From: Obrimoposthia wandeli
Lineage: Eukaryota
Direction of reading: 5' to 3'
Length of the DNA: 64,000 bases
NCBI GenBank assembly: GCA_977020255.1
Contig: CDROCS010000152.1
Location: forward strand, 310,001-374,000
The translations under genes were made by a program, and so were the position numbers. The notes under the pieces are model-generated. The model did no database searches and was not told the DNA's origin. It saw nothing but the letters and a program-made list of their open reading frames with translations. Positions within the stretch are counted from its first letter, which is position 1; each line of letters starts with the position of its first letter. Shown here piece after piece: positions 24,792 through 37,736 of this stretch.

Positions 24792-26324
24792 CGGGCCATC
24801 AACAGGAAAGAGTTTACCAATGTGACATCTAGGAGATTGAAGAATAAAGATACAGGCCAACGTCTGCATTTCCTCTTTGTGGAGTAATGACGCACCATTT
24901 TATCCATAACGTCTCCTCCCGACTTGGTTTTGTTGTAATGCACAATGGATGTAGCTTTGTTGGAAATGGGATCTACTTCCCCAACTCTGACAAAGCTGTC
25001 AACCACTAACACAGGTTTCTTTTCTTGTTCCAGCATGACACCAGTACAGTGCCATTGGCTTCGTAGTAGAACTTAGTATCACCTTTTATACGACCTCACG
25101 CTTATTTGACCGCATTGTTCCCAAGCACGTGTCTGGTGGGCTCTCAGCTTATCAACCAAAGCTGAAGAAGAAACCCAATTGTTAGCCACCAAATTGTAGC
25201 CTTTATCCAAATGAGGGGTAATCCCCTATGTGACCACAGCTTCAGGTACTGAATCACATTGTTGGAGAATTGCTTCTCTTACAGAATGTTGGCCAATGTA
25301 AGCTAAACCTGTGGATTGGGGCCAAGGGATCAATTCGGTTTTTTCTTCTAGGATCATCAAACCGGAGGGCAGTTCGTAGAACTGGGCTTTATATGCTCCA
25401 GAAATTATGTGTAGACCTATAAAGGCACATAACTCATCGTAATTTACTTTGTGTCAAACTTTACGATTGTTGATTGGGTCGTTCTGATTATACGTATACC
25501 TGGAACATTGTTAAACTACAGTGTTTCTTCGAAGACCTTTTCAGTAAACATTATGAAACACTCCAAAGAAGATGCTGGGTTAACTCCACAGTTAATTCGT
25601 GGAGTAGCATGTAGCACATTCATACGTGGCTGCTGTCCTTGACCTTGCTGTATTCAGGCTTATTCTTACAACTCAATTCCAGAGGGAGAAATGAGATCCC
25701 ATCTGACACCTTCCACTTCATCACCATCGTCACTACTACTCGAATCGTCCTCACTATCCGTCATCAACACTAACTGATTTTCTTGCAATTCTTCATCGCT
25801 ATCAATGCTATTATTACTCTCAGAATCATCATTTATATGCTGTGCTTCACGTAGATTATATTTTTTCATCGTCATTTTCGGGAAATATGTCTTCAATAGT
25901 TGCAGGGTCGTCATTCATGAGTTCTTCAAATATTGCAGCATTATCTTCTAGAAACGCTTGTCGCCGTTTACTATTCATTTCTAACAATGAATGTATGTAA
26001 TTATCTAAACTACTGCTTTACGTTAATATTATGTAACTAAATCATAGAGTTCCTCAAAATGGGCACTGATAAAAAATCTATTTTAATAAATTAACATTCT
26101 AAACCTCAGATTCAGTAAAATAAATTTCATTTTCGGACAAAATTTGTCATGACTTTGGTGTGAGTCTGAGAGTACCCATGTCACAGTTAACACACTACGT
26201 TCCCTAGAATGTTGATGCAAGGTTATACATTGTCGTAATTTTGGTTTTATATAGGAAATAATCTGACGAACAAAGTCAATAAAATTTAGAACGATCGAAG
26301 TTGTACATTTTTTAAAACAAAGGG
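24790..26324 (-). mobile_element. piggyBac (PGBD-like) element with decayed transposase
   Basis: HYNKTKSGGDVMDKMVRHYSTKRKCRRWPVSLFFNLLDV, a degenerate DN motif (VANNWVSS) and an acidic N-terminus. Candidate 5-prime end TTAA|CCCTTTG at 26324; no convincing 3-prime end. Confidence 0.88.
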
Positions 26325-26559
26325 TTAAATATTGGTATGGGTCTGGGAGATACATGATATAGGATAACGGTTAACAACCGATGACAAACTTAAGATATTT
26401 GACAAGATTAAAAAAGGTTACAGCTATGGACAAATTTCTTAAAAGTATGAAGTTTGGTGAAGTGAAATTTGCGATATAAAAGCTTTAGCAGGAAAAGGAA
26501 CAATTATAAAACCTCTACTTTAAACTCGAAGGTTACGTCAACAATAGTTGCGAAACAAG

Positions 26560-26960
26560 AAGCAGTATTGTTAAAAAAATCCTGAACAAAGCAAGTTCCG
26601 AGTTCTTTACAAGATTCTTCAAACACCATGACATGAAATCTGATGCTGCTTCTTCAGATTGTTTTTCGAAAGAATTTCCATTGTGAGTCGATACTTTTCC
26701 TAAAAATTTGGTATTTAATGCGGACAAAACATGTATTTAATCAAAAAGCCTATTTCTTCTTTTCTTGCTTAGGGCTATATATGAACCTGATGCCAAATCG
26801 TATTTAAAAAATACATTTTGAGAAGATTATTATGGGAAAAAGAACTGCAAAGACTACGTAACAAATGCCTCTGGAACAGTCATATTGTTCATTTATTTAA
26901 CAGTAAAGTCTCATCAACTTCGATGCTTTAAAGGTATAAATAAGTTGTCAGTCAAGAATT
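26560..26960 (+). mobile_element. pogo/Tigger DDE_1 transposase remnant
   Basis: FFTRFFKHHDMKSDAASSD, LVFNADKT (cf. IFNADETGL) and NASGT...KSHQLRCFKGINKLSV (cf. NASGTxKL...KSKKPRCFK). Confidence 0.75.
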
Positions 26961-27216
26961 CTTCACATTTATCTGCTTATCAGTAAAAATATGTACTTCA
27001 TTACTCTTTTCTGGTTCATAAATATTTTGAAGGATTAGTCGAGAATTTGTTATATTTCTACAATTTCGGATTGATTATGATTATTTCCAGTTCTTGTAAA
27101 CCCGAGATATTTGTGTGATAAATCATCAGATATTTTGGATTTCAAGCTCCATTTTGGATTATTTCCTACTTCATTTTCACTTCATGATCATACGTATTAA
27201 AATCCGATTGGACAAA

Positions 27217-27408
27217 TTAACGTAGATCAACATGGATACCATTATTGTAAGCTCTGTGCTTTTTCAAAGAACCTTGGTAACGTCTATCAATAATGAGGTC
27301 AACTCTTGAAAATTCTAAAATATAGCATTCATCCGCTGAAAGCCTTTTTCTGTCTTCCTTCTCCCAATTAGTAAAAATAATGATTCTGTGTTTGTATTTA
27401 TATCCCAA
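27217..27408 (-). mobile_element. Tc1-like fragment
   Basis: NWEKEDRKRLSADECYI resembles WTxEDWKxVLFSDES. Confidence 0.4.
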
Positions 27409-29519
27409 ATTCCAAAAAGTAATAGCGTCTTACATTTATAAAAAATGATCATAAAACAATGAATATAATCACCAGATACATCATCTACATATAATAATCT
27501 TTACGAATACTTTCTTTTTGAACTATTTTTTATTAAGGAATCAAACCCTGCGCTTCCAAAAGAAAATCAATTAATTCGCTTTTCTCTAAGAAATTCTGCT
27601 GAAATAGATTAATTGGAAAATAGTTAGAAATCTTCCCGATTAAATTCAATTGAATAGAGTGCCTAATAAAACGCTTTTGTGTCTATCCAATGAAAAATTC
27701 CGTAACTATTGATGAGAAATGTTGAGTGTTGTTTTGAATCAAGTCAAACCTTTTCTACCCAATATTCGGAGATTTACTCTTTGAAGAAACTCAATTCTTG
27801 ACCTTTAGGAGAAATATCATAATATGTATCTCCTCCAAAACGAGCTGCCATTTCCACATTACTTATTGAATCACCCTATGAATTTCGAAGTACTTTTTTT
27901 CTTCACGCATCTTCTAAGCATTATGTTCATTAAAAGTTGTAACTGGTTGCCTCTGCGAGAAGAAACATCGAATGATTTCTTGTTACCATCTTACATTTCC
28001 CACATAACCGTTTGCACCGTATTTAGTGAAGAATCTTCCACTGGACATGTATTATATGTCAAACAAAAATCCGAATTTAATCGTTATAAAAAAACAAATC
28101 AAATAATCGACCATTTTCTGAAAATTCGTCCATTTGAAATACAAAGCCCTGATACTGGTGAATAGCTGGACATTATTACTTAGGCCCAGTAAAAACCCTG
28201 ATCCATTCCAGGTTTGTTACTTTATCTACAACTGGGTACCAGTATTTAACCCATGTTAAGCCCAGATAAATTCCTGTTTCAAACCTTGGGCCCATGTGGG
28301 ACTCAGCTGAATAACAGTAAGAACTCCAGTTACATTTTCAACCCTTATTTTCATAATTGGGTTTAGGGTCACTTATCACCAATGTTCTTGATCCAGTGTA
28401 TATTTGATGCATATGGAATATATAACACCGATTTTGCATTAATTTACCTTTTTTAATTTGAGGTGGATGAAATTGGTGGGACGTGAAAAATATCCTTTAT
28501 TCCCAATTTCCCAATTTAAAAATTTCCCAATAATTCAATATTAGAAAAGACAAAAATGAAAATAATTACTTAAAATGAAACAAATATTTGGCTAAAATAT
28601 TACAATCATCACAAAGTACAGTAGAAAATCCACAAAACCACAAAACCACAAGTGTACAATTTCAATTTTCTCATGAGAAAATCAATAGATAAAAATTAAT
28701 TGATTTTACTCTGAACCTTAGAGTGATAAACTAAATAATCTAGTTAAGAGTAAATTAAAAATATGCCCACTGATGCTCAAAATCCCACATTTAGAGCAAT
28801 GTCTAAACAAATTTGTATATGGGTATACGCGCACATATATAGTATAGTATATCCATGTAGCCCAGTAATGGACTGATAGTAGTTAACTGGTGGTTGATGC
28901 TCAATGGATAACTCACTTTGCAACTCCACCACAGAACTGTATAAGATATTAAATAGCAATGTTTGTTTTTAAAGCAAAATAACGCGATTTAGTAGAGAAA
29001 TCATTGCTATCATTTGATTGGTCTGCAATACATATATGGGCAAACATATCGCATAGTTATTAGTTGGTTGACTCTTCTACTTCTATCAAATCTGTACTTC
29101 TACAACTAGAAGAAACTTTATTAGAAATTTTCTGTGTTTAAAACTCAGGAGTACTAATTTATAAAGACCCCTCGAATTTCATGCTCTAATGTTGATCTTC
29201 TTCTACTAACTTATTTCTGGAAATATACGGTTCCTTGTTGAAATGGAAATCGAGCAATTTTACCATCAGATCGTCTTCCTTCTCCTACTTCTCGGCTGTC
29301 AAGGTTAACTAATTGTAATTAACACTAGAAAATATAAACAGGTTACAAAACTAATGAACGCAAATATTATAATGTATGTTACCAACAACTAACAGTCATT
29401 GATAAACAGACAGAAAATTAATCAATGAAACCAGTGGGAAAAGATGCAAATTGTGTTGCGATATGTAGCGAGTCCAGATTTTCAAATTGAAGTTGTGGAG
29501 TTGCTCTAGAGCCCGATAA

Positions 29520-30017
29520 TTTTCATTTACTATTGATGCGATTGATTTTACCCATGTTTTTATCGACAAATTCGCTGCTGAATTCGAGGATGAGTATAAA
29601 AACTGAAAAATAGTATTCCTTTCATAAATGTACATGCCACATGTAATAAGAAGCATGTGCTTACCATGTGCTGACAATTCAGACTTGTAGTGCTATTTTA
29701 CGACATTGTGCACTTCATCTATCATATTGGCCAATGTAGGCTGTAGTGTGTATCCTTTCTTAATGACACCATTAAAAATACCTCATGGTTATGTTCAAAT
29801 AAATTACAATAAGTTTCATACCCAGCAACGTGTGGTAATTGAACAATCATTTGGTCATCTGAAGCAACGGTTTCCAGCACTGCGATACGCACTGCAAATC
29901 ACTTTACACAGGACTACTAAGCTTATTCAAGCGTGTTTCATTTTGCATAATATTGCTAAACATTTTAATGAAGAAGGACATATTGACGAATTTTGTGATG
30001 TAGAACCAAAATTTTAA
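29520..30017 (+). mobile_element. PIF/Harbinger (HARBI1-like) DDE nuclease pseudogene
   Basis: TIDAIDFTHVFI (cf. GAIDGTH), INVHATCN (cf. SINVQxVCD), then YPFLMTP...YNKFHTQQRVVIEQSFGHLKQRFPAL...IQACFILHN. Confidence 0.9.
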
Positions 30018-30111
30018 ATTGATATTTTCAGGTTTTGCGTCGAAGAAACGAGTTTACTAATATGTTGTATGGCCAACGAAACTTGTAGACAATTTTATAA
30101 GTGCAGCCAGC

Positions 30112-30400
30112 CAGGGCTCCCGCTAATTCTTTTTACTCGTGTGCGGAAAACTTGAGATTTGTGCGCTGTTTTCAAAAAATTTAAATTTTTGTGCGCTATA
30201 TTTTATAAAATTTTGGACACCAATTTTTAATATTACTAATATAACTACATACTTTAATATAACAGAAATAAACATTATCCAATTTATATTTAAAAAACAT
30301 TTTTCTTAGTTCTTTTCTCGTCGATCTTTCCTACTTATCCACGCTTTCTAAACTTTTGCCTTGTCTACTGAGCCAGCTAAATGTATAGTGTTGTGTACAT
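30112..30400 (-). mobile_element. hAT-type terminus with possible C-terminal coding remnant
   Basis: CAGGGCTCCCGCTAATT at 30112 has a hAT-like CAGGG terminus; minus-strand KAWISRKDRR resembles a hAT C-terminal tail. No partner end was found. Confidence 0.4.
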
Positions 30401-30479
30401 ATGTACTTATATATACCTGTAACTATACTCAGATATAAGTGTTATGTAAAGACATGTTTTGGTTTATTGTCTCTAATTC

Positions 30480-31232
30480 TACAATTCAGCTATATTTTCT
30501 TGTGTAACAACTGCTGTATGTGACCTGGCATTATCCTACAAAAAGTGGAAATTTTGATAACCACTGTTAGCAGTTCTTCTTTTCTTAGAGATAATCTTTA
30601 AGATGATCAAGTAATTGACACAGATATTCAGCAATAATACTTTGGTTAGCCGAAAAGGTTTTCAAGAGAATTACGACATTTACATACTAAAAGATATAAG
30701 CTAAATATTTTCTTTTTGTCATAAATGTTTGCTTGACAACCATTCCTAGTTCATCTTCATACCATCTTCCATTTCCATGACCTTTATTCTCCCAATACAT
30801 ACACAACTCCTCAACAGTAATCAACTGATTCAAACAATTATTGCAGTTCATCTTTTTCAACAGTTTTTGTATTCTCCTGACAATTTGTGTAGCATCCATT
30901 GGAAAGAAAGAAACTCTTTTCTCATTGGCACCAAATGGCTCCAGCACAGTGTTGTGACTGACCTTTAGTTATGTTGTCATATCTATGCTTTTGTTGAGCC
31001 TGTTTACGCTTTAAATTCTTTCATTTTCATTATCAATATCAAAAAAATGACGGTTTTTCAGATCTTCCAGGATCATTAAAGTCGCCATTCTGAAATTTAT
31101 AAACCCAGTTTTGACACATCCATATACTGTTTCAAAATTTTGCATAATTTCTTTAACTATATCAGGAAGTAGACAGTCTTTTTTTACAAAAGAAATAAAT
31201 TACTTTTTGAATATCCTCTTTTTGAAGTTCAT
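30480..31232 (-). mobile_element. mariner (Mos1/SETMAR-like) transposase pseudogene
   Basis: WVYKFQNGDFNDPGRSEKP; LNQLITVEELCMYWEN (cf. LDRIVTGDEKW); IIAEYLCQLLDHLK; L*DNARSHTAVVTQENIAEL. Confidence 0.85.
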
Positions 31233-31837
31233 TGGAGGTCACATGAAATGCAAATCACAATATAATGTATAAAAGCACCTGACAAAAATAGGATAATATA
31301 TGTGTTTGATGTTACAGTATTTTTATAGCGACAAAGACTTCTGACTCACCCTGGATATTTAAAAGAATTACATTGGTTACCAACATAAGCAAGAATTCAC
31401 TTGAAAATATTAAAACTGGATCAAAAATATTTTAATATTTTAAGAAGATACTCTATCTAAAATATTCCTAGAGAGATATATAACATATTAATTCCATATA
31501 AAACATTCGAAAAAAACTAATTAAATAAAATTAACTTTTAAAGACAATCGAAAGGCATAATCCAAGAATCTACTCCGCCATTCGAAGCTTGATAAAAGGA
31601 AATATTAAAAGAAATAATTAATGCTATATATGTTATGTTAGTTTAAATATACACTTCTTAGTAGTTTTTGGTGTGAATTATAGGTTTATTCAAATTTTAT
31701 GGTAACTACTATATTTTATTATAATATTGTCAGATGGTAAAGCCTAGGCAGCTTTTTTAAACGTTTAGTGTATTAGATTTTAATTTGAGTCTCCACACGT
31801 GGTTGCTTTCTGATTGTATATTTCAACAAAATTCCAG

Positions 31838-31978
31838 GCACAGATTACAAAGACGTAACCATGGACAACAACGCAGAGATCTCCTACTCATTTCCAGCAG
31901 AGATCCTCAAAAACACAAATCGATCTATCTCTCTTCAGTTCAAGACAAAGCAACGCGACACATTTCTGCTGTTCCTAG
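31838..31978 (+). CDS. Internal exon A of a laminin-G/LNS (neurexin-like) gene
   Basis: ttccag|GC ACA GAT...CTA G|gtgggg, 141 bp, phase 1/1, encoding TDYKDVTMDNNAEISYSFPAEILKNTNRSISLQFKTKQRDTFLLFL(G). This is a typical LNS start (ISLxFKTxQRxxLL). Confidence 0.8.
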
Positions 31979-34099
31979 GTGGGGCTAATTGAGCAGTTTT
32001 TTCTCTCTTTTTATGATTACAAAAGCTTAATTAACAAAATCAATAATGCCTCTATAACTATGACAATTTGGAAAGTAAAAACATAATTATGAGTGCTAGT
32101 GTTACATTTCACTTGAAAATGAGGGTCGAACTAGTTGGAAAAAGTTTCTTTTTCTAAATTAAATCAATGTGCAGTAAGTCAAAAATATTTCAGTATTTGT
32201 AAATTATTTTTCTTCTAACTACAGTCCAATTAATAAACTAAGACTTTGTTTGTCATGAAAATAAAATTATTTACGCAAAGGTTTGAATTGAAAAATATCA
32301 AGTTAAGTAAGTTTATACATTTGACATTAATATGTCATATTTAACAAAAAAATTGAACAATTCAAATATCTACATTAATTAGTGAGAAACATTTACCTAC
32401 ATGGAATGTTTGGAAAGATAAGTTTGATAATTTCATACTTAATAGTAAAATTATTTTTAGGATTATTGTGAGCTAATTATGCCACACAAAAAGTTGTATT
32501 TATCTATCGATAAAAGGCAAAAAAAATTGATGACTTTAAAAATTTAGGAAAGAATCAAGTCGTTATTGTTAGGAGTTAACAAATACTTCTGTCCTGATTG
32601 ACGTAAAGACGTAATTCGATATTTTAATGAACAGGCGTGGTTTAAAAGTAATGATTAGGTAGATATTTAATATCGAAAAAGATTGATCATAACGTTCTAA
32701 TTCAATCGAATAATTTCTGAAGTTTATCAAAATATACTCGAGGATTAATTAGTTGTGATATTATTTGAAGAATTCTCAGTGTGCCAATAAGCTAATGCAC
32801 TAAAGTTATTCGTCTCTACTTACCAGGGTATACACAACTATAATTACTTTATAAATACTTCATCAGTTTAATTTTAATTTTTTTTCATTTTTCAATATAA
32901 ATAAGTTTTATTTTTATTCTTTAGTTTATGGTTTTAAATATTTCTAAATAAGTAGAGGTTCCAATATTTTAAATATTACCAAAGGGTCTAGATATATGTA
33001 TACACTATTAGAAAATTTCCACGAAAACGTGTTTGCTTTGATTTGATCTTGTTCATTGTGTGATGTACAACCTCTAAGTTAATTTTTAATGAACGTTGGA
33101 GATGTGACTGGAGCTGTTCCAAGGTGTCATTTATATACAATTGCTTTCAGAATTCCTCAAAAGTCTTCAAAATGCTGCAAACTAGAATAAGCTGGTGGAA
33201 AGTTAAATTTAAAAGAACATTAAAATAATAAATACTTAAATAACTATCCTTAAAAAAATATAAGGCAAATAAATAACAATAGTTTAAGTTATACATAAAG
33301 TTTATACCAAAATACTTATTAAAATGTTATGTAGTGACCCACAATAAAGAATAATAGTTTTAAAATATTAATTAATTTAATGTAAAATTCACCTTTTTAC
33401 GAATAACTTTTTTAAAGAAAGACCTTAGTTCAAAATCTGAACTACACATAAATAAGTAATGAAATATCGAATTATTTCATGTATGCTCGAAAGTTTTTCA
33501 ACTTTCGTTTTAAGAAACATCCACAAAAGTGTCATTTTTGTTAATTAAAACGTTAATTAATAAAACTTTAAAGAATAATTTCTAGACATCTAAAAGTCAC
33601 ACATAAATGAACAAAACATCATTTTAAAGCATAAATTATTTCCAATTGAAAAAGGTACGGCTCATCAAGATCACATCTTTGGTGAAAAAAGTCCTACAGT
33701 ATAAGAAGTACATAAAACTTTGCAATACTAGCAGGCAGACACACCTACTAACGGGTTACCCGATGGAACCCAAGTAGACAATAAATCAAATAAAGTAAAC
33801 CCCATTTAGATTATCTAATCTGAATCAAAAGCCCCGACAGGAAGACCCGGGCACTACATATGGATTAAAAGAATATAAAACCAGGGTTTTTGGAAATTAG
33901 ACATAATAAAATTTACTGGACATCGTGACTGACCTCCAACGAATAATATTACAGGTCATATGTTTCTTTTTATGTTAACGTGTTAAAATTTTACAAAATT
34001 TAGAGAACTCTCACAATTGTTGGCACCCTGGTTATTTGTAATATATTGTTATTTTTATCAGTTTTGATGATCTTAATAAAGTAGTATATACAATTTTGA

Positions 34100-34811
34100 T
34101 TAATTTTTAATTTTAGCCCAACAGTTCCTTGGGCACAAAGTTGATGTCATGTAATTCACAAGATAATTTCGCAAAGTGAGCTGAACTAATAATTGCCATC
34201 TGAATGATGTTGATTTATGAAGAGAACCAAGCACTGCTTCAGATATTTCTCAATGTATACCTTTTTGCCAACAGCCAGAAAAGACTGTTGAAATTCCAAT
34301 TTTTGCCCAAACGAGCTTTTTTTCTCAAACTTGATAACCAAGCTGTACTTCTTATCAGGAGGTTCATCACCTCTTTCACGTTCGTAGTAGAAAGAATTGC
34401 CAGCTAATCTAGGATTTACCCTGATGACATCAGTAATTCTACATGCGAACAGCTCCCTGTGCAACGGATCAATTCACTTTTTTTATTTAGAAAGCTGCTT
34501 GACATTGGTGAGGGCAATCTTTGACATTTTTACCGAAAGGGATATTCTATCCTACAGTCCTTTTTTGAAACTCTTTTACTTCTATGGCTTTGAGATGTTT
34601 GACAATCTCAGACTTGACCTTGTGCATGTTGTGTTCACAAAACTTCGCAATCAAATTTCTTTTATGTTTCCCAGACCACTTATTCCTGATAAATATTGAC
34701 CTGAAACTAAATGTTATACTTAATTGAACTGATCTTACTGATTTGAAAAAACAAAAGTGAACAAAAAATACTCCTACTAAAAATATGTTTGATTTTTTCC
34801 CGATCACCCGT
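34100..34811 (-). mobile_element. maT/DD37D-like Tc1/mariner element, copy 1 (decayed)
   Basis: GNSFYY...KFEKK...YIEKYLKQCLVLFINQHHSDGNY and INFVPKE; terminal TA|ACGGGTG at 34811. Confidence 0.7.
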
Positions 34812-35439
34812 TAATGAAAATTCACAAATTATTTAGTTACTAATACTTGACGATTAAAATTGTCTATGATTTCTAAAACTAATCACGATGAAACTTTCGT
34901 TGGTTTAAAATTGTTTCCAAATTTAGGTGTAACAATATAAAATGTGAGTCTCATTTCACAATTGTAGAAAATAAATGGTAAAAATTTGTTTCATGGAATG
35001 TAACGTATTTTGTTTCGTGTTCAACAACAAAAGGGGGCTGTTGTTCTGCTGATTTTTTTTCCGGAAAACGTAGTTGACAAAATGAAGTGTGAAACAGCTG
35101 AGCATCAAATATGCACAGAAGTTCTCACAATATCTTGTAGAGCAGTAAGAAAAGGAAAAGAAGCAGAAATATTGTCATATTATGCTATTAAAAATGTATG
35201 GAGTTTAGAAATTTGAACGAAAATTATAATTTATCATTCATTATTTATTCGTTCTTTATTATTTCAATTATCAGGTTTTCGATTGGTTATTAGTATAAAT
35301 GATTTTAACTATTGGGTTATTTTAATTTTTGACTAAATTTTGTCATTTTAAATAACTACTGTCATTCAGAAAAGGACGCTGACATTCTTAGGGGAGACAG
35401 GTACGAAAACGGTTAAGGCTGATAAAAATAATATACATG

Positions 35440-35930
35440 CAGAAGAGCTATTTTCAAGAAACTGGAAATGGAAGACGATGGCAGCGTTAAAAAGAAATGT
35501 AAAATTGTCATAGAAGTAACTAAATTGTTCATGAAAGAACATCACCATGGAAAAATACATTAGATCAATATCATGCAGTAGAGAAATTAGTAAGTCATCG
35601 GTATATCGAACTTTGCAAGAAAATTAGTATAGATCTTACATGTCTACATAAGTGCAAGAGATATCTCCTTCCGATTATAAATTTCTAAATGAATTTGCCA
35701 ATTAAGCATTGAATGGATTATTCTTTTGTGCAATCTCATAGTCTGATGAAGTCCGCTTTAAGGTTCCAGTTTGTCTGCATCTAATCTCCATGTTGAAAGT
35801 CCTCTTCATCCAGAAAAACGTTTAACCTGTTACTGCTACATTAATCCTTTATCGAAGAAGGAACAATATCCTAGCAAGATGGAACTCCACCGAATATTAT
35901 AAAACATGCAACAACTTTTTAAAGAAATCT
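35440..35930 (+). mobile_element. Tc1/mariner transposase remnant
   Basis: SREISKSSVYRTLQEN, VQEISPSDY, SDEVRF, ESPLHPEK and *QDGTPP in the expected order. Confidence 0.7.
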
Positions 35931-36009
35931 TTCATATCTAATTGAAATGTTGGTCAACATTTTGTTATTTCCTGGCTTCGATGATCCCCAGATTTCACTC
36001 CTTTAGATT

Positions 36010-36260
36010 TAGATAGATAATTACGTCATCAGAGTGGGTAATATGTCTAAACGCGTTGTGGATACTCTAATTATATATTTGCCAACCACCAAATTAGTCA
36101 GATATGAAAGTCACTGTCGAGAAGTAAGCTGAAGCGGCAATCTGTTGAATGAGCTCGCTTCAAATATGACCTATCATGACGTCAATTAATCATCTGCTTA
36201 CTTAAAAGTGACTCGCGCTTAAGGATACTCATATCGATACATCTTGATTTCTATTGTCAG
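36010..36260 (-). mobile_element. Possible Gypsy reverse-transcriptase fragment
   Basis: ELIQQIAASAYFSTV (cf. ELVxKIAxxxYFSTxD) and SDDVIIY (cf. YLDDVII), with an internal deletion. Confidence 0.35.
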
Positions 36261-37578
36261 ATAGACAACTCCACAAACATCGATCCAACAAAAATGCTAA
36301 AGTGTTTCTAACTATATTACGGATATTTGAAAAAAGGAATTTAACCCATAAATTGTAAGCAATATAAAAAATAAAGTTGCAGAAAAAATCAAGTAACGTT
36401 TTATCTTATTAATTTTTGTCGTTAAAATTTGAAGCGTTTCTTTGTAGTCGGACATTGTTTATCAATTTTAAAATCTTTCTACCATTTCTGTAAATGAAAC
36501 AAATTCAGATAATAAAAATGTAAGTCTACAGCTATTGTTAGAAAGTAAAAAAAATACTTATCACATTACATAGAACGGAATTAAATTAGGATAAAAATAG
36601 CACTAAAAAACTTTCACTTTTCTTGTCGAAAGTGAGAATAAAAATGTCCAAGAATTGTTCCTTGTATGACACTTAATTTTGAAAAAACAAGCAACTGATT
36701 TGATTTCCTGTTTAGATTAGTTAAAAATAAATGCTTACATTTATCATGTCTAAAAATAAACTACAAGTATTTAAATATTTAAAATTATATTATTCAACAC
36801 AATAAGTGGGGAAAATCTCAAAATAAATATTTGTAATGAAGAATATATCATTCATTTTTAAATTTCTCAAAATAATTTTAAAAATGGTATCCATGAATCA
36901 TTTTCGTCATTATGTTTAAATAAAAGAGATTCCCATTTTTAAGCTGTGTATTGTTAATGTTAATCCATTTCATTGGTATATGATTCTGAAGTTTACCCAA
37001 AGAATCTTCAATTACGTCTTTTTGTTCCTAATCATGTTTTATATCATTACAATATTGCCAAAGTTGGTTATAAAACGTTGCTAAAAATAAACAAAACTGT
37101 TGAAGAAGACGCTGTTTTTCTGTAGATAATGATTTAAACTCTGCGGGGAAATATGAACGAAGTGTAATAATTTCTCTGTACAACTACCGAGCTTTGTTCA
37201 AAACAATAACTATTCTAATACATAACTGGTTCCCGCAATCCAAGAAAAATTTACTCAAGTAATCAAATTCGTTATGATATCCGGGCAAATGCACTTTATC
37301 TAAAATAATACTTCAATGAAAATATTACTAATTTTAAAAAATTTCTACTGTCAATATTATTTTGAAAGTCAAATCATTTTACTCCATCATACATTGACTG
37401 AAATTTATTCGCAATCCAGCCATCTAATGAATGATACTGATAGGGCACACTCCACCAATTCAGTTTTTTACTGAGTAATACTCCCATTCCATTTATTCCT
37501 CCAACCATGACTACATGTGTCACATGCTAATCCAATAATTTTATTTTTAATTCAATATAATCCATTTTTTGTTCAATA

Positions 37579-37736
37579 CAGTCAGACCTCTACATAACGA
37601 ACACTCTACATAACGTATTGTCTTATTGTAGTTTATTTTGTTTTATAAATAAAAGTTTATTAAATTGTTCGTTCCTTTTTTTAACGAACATGGAATTTTT
37701 TGAAAAGTTGGTGTTCGTTATGTAGAGGTCTGACTG
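37579..37736. mobile_element. 158-bp MITE with perfect 26-bp TIRs (pogo/Tigger-type)
   Basis: cagtcagacctctacataacgaacac (37579-37604) is the exact reverse complement of 37711-37736; TA at 37577-37578 and 37737-37738. Confidence 0.95.

Noticed and set aside
29150-29300. Minus-strand KLLDFHFNKEPYISR resembling a homeodomain
   Set aside because: No helix-3 WFxNRR motif follows, and stops intervene.
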